This document shows positions 24,704-28,928 of a stretch of 28,928 bases of DNA, piece by piece. The notes below the pieces were generated by a model. That model ran no database searches and was not told the DNA's origin. It saw only the letters and a list, made by a program, of their open reading frames with translations. Position 1 is the first letter of the stretch, and each line of letters starts with the position of its first letter. This stretch comes from Pseudomonadota bacterium. Its GTDB lineage: Bacteria; Pseudomonadota; Alphaproteobacteria; Rhodobacterales; Rhodobacteraceae. Where the stretch lies: contig JBCBNR010000001.1 of assembly GCA_039821665.1 (NCBI GenBank), forward strand, positions 1-28,928, written 5' to 3'. The position numbers and the translations under genes were made by a program.

Positions 24704-27700
24704 ATGTCCAAGCACAACCACCTGCGAACCCGGTCCATCCTGGACCCACGCCCCCGGCGCAAACGCCCGGTGATGGCACGCCGGATCAACGGTGTGCTGC
24801 GTGAGCTGGGCTCGGGCGTGTCCAAACTTGTGGTGTTGGTGCTGCTGATCGCACTGGCCGGGTTGGTGCAGCTGAACCGCTTCGAGATGCCCCCTTGGTT
24901 GTTCGCGGATCAAGCGGAGCGAAACGCGGCCCTTGCCTGGCCCGGCAGCGATCTGTCCATTGGCTCTGCGACCTTGCATCTGGGCAGGGGCGGGAAGGCC
25001 AGCCGCATCGTCCTGCGCGATGTGGTGTTGCGCGGCAGCGATGGCGAGGTGTTGGGCCGCGCCCCCCAGGTGCAGGGCGGGTTTTCCGCTTGGGAACTGT
25101 TGCAAGGCCGCTGGCAGCCCCGCAGCTTGGAGGTGGTGGGCGCCGAGGCGACGCTGGCGCGCAGCGAAGACGGGACCCTCTCGCTTTCGGTCCAGCCCGA
25201 AGGGCAGGGACTGGTCGTGCCCGGCACCCCGACGGACGCGCCGGGAACTGTGCGCGGATTTGATATTGCCAGCCTCAAATCCTCACGCCCCTTGCAAGGC
25301 TTGCAAGAGGTGGTGCTGACGGGTGGCACAGTGCGGCTGTACGATCTGGGCAGCGGTCAAAGCTATCTGGCCCAAGACGCCGACTTGCGACTGGCTGAGG
25401 TGCCCAACAACGCAGTGCGCGCCACTGTGCGCGGGCGGTTTGAGAGTGGGGCCACCGAAGCGATCCCGATTTTCGTCGATGTGACCATCCCCCGTGGCCC
25501 GCAGCCGGTGGAGGCACGCCTGCGGGTCGAAGGGGCAACGCCCGCGCAGCTTGTCCCCCATATGCCGCATATGCCTTGGTTGGCTGCCCTGGATCTGCCG
25601 GTGACAGCACATATCTCGGCGCGGTTGGGCGACAGTGCCATGCTGCAGGATGCCACAGCAAAGCTGAGCTTTGGCGCAGGCAAACTGCCCGGGTTGCCCC
25701 TGATCGGCTCGCGCCCGGTGGTGCCGGTGCAATCGGGCCATGTTTATCTGGATTACACCGCCCGCGATGACCGTTTGCGCGTCTCAGAGATCAAGCTTGC
25801 GGGCCCAAACCTGTCTTTGACAGCGGAAGGGCATGCGGACCTGGCGCGCGATGCCGATGGGGTGGTGCGAGAGATGGGTCTGGATCTGCACATGCGCGAC
25901 ATCGCCTTGCCAAAGGCCCTGGGCTTTGACCAGGTGCTCGCCTTCGAGACCGGTCATCTGGTGGGCCAGGTGCTGCCCCAGGCTCAAAAGATGGAACTGG
26001 CACAGATCAGCCTGGCGGACGGGGCGGGGCGCTATACCGGCTCTGCCTCGGTCCATCTGACGCCCCAGGGCGCCAAATCCCGCTTCAGCGCACAAGTCAG
26101 CGACGTTGATCTGACCCGCGCCCTGGGCCTTTGGCCGATCCGCATCGCCCCGCGCACCCGCGAATGGGTCACCAGCCGCATGGACGAGGGGCAGGTGCCG
26201 CGGGCGCTGGTGCATTTTCGCAAAGATCCGGGGGCGGCGCCACAGCTCGCCTTGGACATGGCATTTGAGCGGGCAAAGGGCCGGGTTCTCAAGACCTTGC
26301 CCGAGATCGAAGAGGCAAAGGGCTGGCTGCAAATGGGCGCGGGGCGGTTTGATATGACCCTGGCCGAAGGGGTCAGCACGCCGCCTGAGGGCGGGGTGGT
26401 GGATCTGGCGGGCAGCCGCATTTCCTTGCCCGATCTGTCCCAGCGCCCGGTTCAGGCCCAAGCGCGCATCGAGGCAAGCGGCCCGGTTCAGGCGCTGCTG
26501 TCGATGATCGACCAACCCCCCCTGGGCTTGATCGCGCGCATGTCCCGCCGCCCAGATATGGCACGCGGCAGGGGCAAAGCCACGGCTGATCTGAGCTTGC
26601 CCCTGAAGGCCGGGCTCAGCGCGGGCGACGTGGCGGTGGCGGTGGTTGCATCGCTGCGGGATGTTCGTTCAAACAGTTTGGTGCCTGGCAAGGCCCTGAC
26701 AGCCGACGCCCTGGCGCTGAACGCGACCAACAGCCAAGTGCGGATCGGCGGGGATGTCACTTTGGACGGGGTGGGGGTGCAAGCGCAGTTGGTGCGCGAC
26801 CTTGGCCCGGGCAGCGACGGCATCACCAGGATCACCGCAAACATGCCGTTTTCGCGCACGGCCCTGGGCCGCCTGGGCGTGCCCGACTTGCCAGCGGGGC
26901 TGTTGGAGGGGCAAAGCCAGGCACAGGTGCGTTTGGATCTGAGCACTGCCGCGCAAACGTATGATCTGACCACGGATGTCTCGGCGCTGAGCCTGAACCT
27001 GCCCAATTTGGGTTGGCGCAAGGGGCCGGGGGCGCCGGGCCAATTGCAAATCTCTGGCACATTGGGGGAGGCGCCGACGGTTGAGCGGATATCCCTGACT
27101 GCCCCGGGCCTGTCCGCGCAAGGCGATATGCTGTTGTCCCAAGAGGGTCTGCGCGAGTTGCGCTTAAGCGCAGCTAAGGTTGGGTCCTGGCTGCAAGGCA
27201 CCGTGCGCTACCGTCCGCCGCGCGGGCCGTCACCCGGTGTGGCGCGGGTGACCCAAGGCAGTGTGGACCTGCGAGACCTGCCGAAATTCAGCGCAGGCGA
27301 CGGGCCCAGCATGCGGGTGGGGTTCGAGGACATGTCCGTGCGCCTGTCCCAAGACATTGTTCTGCGCGATGTAAAGGCCGAGTTTCTGACCGAGGGTGGG
27401 TTTCAGGGCCGTCTCACCGGGCGCGTGAACGGCGGCGCTTGGGTGGAGGCCGAGCTTTTGGACGAGGGTCGCATTGTGCTGCGCGCCGCAAATGGTGGGG
27501 AGGTGTTGCGCGATGCCGGTGTGTTCCCCACAGCGCTTGGGGGGGACCTTTCGGTGACCCTGACCCCGAACGGGCCGCCGGGGCACTATGCCGGCACGCT
27601 GCGCCTCAGCCAAACCCGCGTGCGCGATACGCCGGCCCTGGCCGAGTTGTTCCACGCAGCCTCGATCGTGGGACTTGCGGATATGAGCCGTGGCCCCGGC

Positions 27701-28066
27701 ATCGGCTTTGATGTGGTGGAGGGTCAGTTCGAACTCACCCCCCAAGAGTTGCGGATCGCGAAAGGAAAGGCCGTCTCTCCGTCCATGGGGATCAGCTTGG
27801 CAGGGCGTTACAGTTTTGCCAGCCGCAGATTGGCGATGGAGGGGGTCTTTTCGCCCATTTACATGGTCAACGGTCTGTTCGAGAAGGTGCCCGTTTTGGG
27901 CCGCCTGTTGGGTGGTCGCGATGGAGAGGGGCTTTTGGGCATGACCTACACGATGCGCGGAGAGGCTGGAGCACCGCAGGTGTCGGTCAACCCGATCTCT
28001 ATCTTCACGCCCGGCGCGTTTCGCGAGATTTTTCAGACCCAACCCGGGGCCGGGGCTGCGAACTGA
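24704..28066 (+). CDS. Large AsmA-like protein (YhdP/DUF3971 type), probable envelope lipid-transfer bridge
   Basis: 1120 aa; single N-terminal TM; repetitive beta-rich body; C-terminal AsmA_2-like motifs GIGFD, GEGLLGMTY and VSVNPISIFTPG. Alternative start 24773. Confidence 0.8.
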   Translation: MSKHNHLRTRSILDPRPRRKRPVMARRINGVLRELGSGVSKLVVLVLLIALAGLVQLNRFEMPPWLFADQAERNAALAWPGSDLSIGSATLHLGRGGKASRIVLRDVVLRGSDGEVLGRAPQVQGGFSAWELLQGRWQPRSLEVVGAEATLARSEDGTLSLSVQPEGQGLVVPGTPTDAPGTVRGFDIASLKSSRPLQGLQEVVLTGGTVRLYDLGSGQSYLAQDADLRLAEVPNNAVRATVRGRFESGATEAIPIFVDVTIPRGPQPVEARLRVEGATPAQLVPHMPHMPWLAALDLPVTAHISARLGDSAMLQDATAKLSFGAGKLPGLPLIGSRPVVPVQSGHVYLDYTARDDRLRVSEIKLAGPNLSLTAEGHADLARDADGVVREMGLDLHMRDIALPKALGFDQVLAFETGHLVGQVLPQAQKMELAQISLADGAGRYTGSASVHLTPQGAKSRFSAQVSDVDLTRALGLWPIRIAPRTREWVTSRMDEGQVPRALVHFRKDPGAAPQLALDMAFERAKGRVLKTLPEIEEAKGWLQMGAGRFDMTLAEGVSTPPEGGVVDLAGSRISLPDLSQRPVQAQARIEASGPVQALLSMIDQPPLGLIARMSRRPDMARGRGKATADLSLPLKAGLSAGDVAVAVVASLRDVRSNSLVPGKALTADALALNATNSQVRIGGDVTLDGVGVQAQLVRDLGPGSDGITRITANMPFSRTALGRLGVPDLPAGLLEGQSQAQVRLDLSTAAQTYDLTTDVSALSLNLPNLGWRKGPGAPGQLQISGTLGEAPTVERISLTAPGLSAQGDMLLSQEGLRELRLSAAKVGSWLQGTVRYRPPRGPSPGVARVTQGSVDLRDLPKFSAGDGPSMRVGFEDMSVRLSQDIVLRDVKAEFLTEGGFQGRLTGRVNGGAWVEAELLDEGRIVLRAANGGEVLRDAGVFPTALGGDLSVTLTPNGPPGHYAGTLRLSQTRVRDTPALAELFHAASIVGLADMSRGPGIGFDVVEGQFELTPQELRIAKGKAVSPSMGISLAGRYSFASRRLAMEGVFSPIYMVNGLFEKVPVLGRLLGGRDGEGLLGMTYTMRGEAGAPQVSVNPISIFTPGAFREIFQTQPGAGAAN

Positions 28067-28069
28067 TCC

Positions 28070-28928
28070 ATGCAGCTGAGCGATTTTGACTTTGATCTTC
28101 CCGAGGCGCTGATCGCACTCAGGCCTGTCTCGCCCCGGCGCGCAGCCCGGATGCTGGTGGCCTCTGGCGCGGCCTCGCTACAGGACCGGCACTTTGGGGA
28201 CCTGCCAGGCCTGTTGCGCCCGGGCGATCTGTTGGTGTTCAACGACACCAAGGTTATCCCGGCGCGGTTGCGCGGGACCCGTGCGCGCGACAGCAACCAT
28301 GGCTCGGGCGTGGCGCAGATCGAGGTGACGCTAACCCGGCGGGCCGAGGACCATTGGCGCGCGCTTGCCCGCCCCGCAAAGCGTCTTGCACCGGGCGATG
28401 TTATCACCTTTGCAAGTGACCTAAGCGCGCGTGTGCTGGCCCGAGAGGGGGGCGAGGTGCAACTGGCCTTCACCCTTCCAGACGCGGAGCTGATGCCAGC
28501 GTTAGACCGTTTGGGCGAGATGCCGCTTCCGCCCTATATTGCATCCAAGCGGGCAGCGGATGACCAAGACAGGGCGGATTATCAAACCCACCAAGCCAAA
28601 GTGCCAGGCGCGGTGGCCGCGCCGACCGCCTCGCTGCACTTTGATGGGCCTTTGATGGCAGCTTTGGCGGCAGCGGGGATCGACACCGCAACGCTGACCT
28701 TGCATGTGGGCGCGGGCACTTTCCTTCCCGTCACCGACGAGACGGTGCGCGGCCATACCCTGCACGCGGAATGGGGCGAGCTTGACGACGCCACCGTCGC
28801 AAAGGTGAATGCTGCAAAGGCACGGGGGGCGCGCGTGATCCCGGTGGGCACGACCGCACTGCGCCTTTTGGAGAGTGCCGCGGCCTCTGGCACTTTGCAC
28901 CCTTGGTCAGGGGACACGGATATCTTCA
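28070..28928 (+). CDS. queA: S-adenosylmethionine:tRNA ribosyltransferase-isomerase; 3' end runs off the window
   Basis: Manual translation: MQLSDFDFDLPEALIA, LVFNDTKVIPARL, GEMPLPPYI, DYQT, GAVAAPTASLHF, TLHVGAGTF, VGTT. Confidence 0.96.
   Translation, partial: MQLSDFDFDLPEALIALRPVSPRRAARMLVASGAASLQDRHFGDLPGLLRPGDLLVFNDTKVIPARLRGTRARDSNHGSGVAQIEVTLTRRAEDHWRALARPAKRLAPGDVITFASDLSARVLAREGGEVQLAFTLPDAELMPALDRLGEMPLPPYIASKRAADDQDRADYQTHQAKVPGAVAAPTASLHFDGPLMAALAAAGIDTATLTLHVGAGTFLPVTDETVRGHTLHAEWGELDDATVAKVNAAKARGARVIPVGTTALRLLESAAASGTLHPWSGDTDIF

Noticed and set aside
24578-25105. 176-aa N-terminal extension of Bcp
   Set aside because: It overlaps the AsmA-like gene; a good SD and promoter precede ATG 24577.

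Overview
A GC-rich alphaproteobacterial chromosomal segment, most likely Rhodobacterales, made almost entirely of core genes. Gene order: [Hint/BIL-domain protein, truncated by the left edge, -] tRNA-Leu(UAG) > tig > [secreted esterase -] clpP > clpX > NDUFA12-like > mlaD > DUF2155 >< aat < accC < accB < ScsC/DsbA-like < M48-TPR protease <> PLP aminotransferase >< rne <> mrcA (PBP1A) > prfB >< secreted alpha/beta hydrolase < bactofilin < M23 peptidase < DUF455 ferritin-like < bcp <> AsmA/YhdP-like > queA (truncated by the right edge). The Hint protein and queA are missing from the supplied ORF track because they run off the window; I translated them by hand. I found no mobile element, prophage, CRISPR array or defence system. 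The most interesting items are: the self-cleaving Hint protein with an unknown N-terminal domain and a possible ATC start; an RpoH-like promoter driving a translationally coupled peroxiredoxin + di-iron DUF455 pair upstream of an M23-bactofilin module; a hairpin-rich rne leader of about 340 nt; apparent loss of amiC and aroQ from a block I recall as conserved in Hyphomicrobiales; a divergent gene pair only 11 nt apart; and CtrA-like boxes at the same position upstream of both secreted hydrolases. Family assignments come from motifs recognised by eye, not database searches, and promoter calls are unscored pattern matches.
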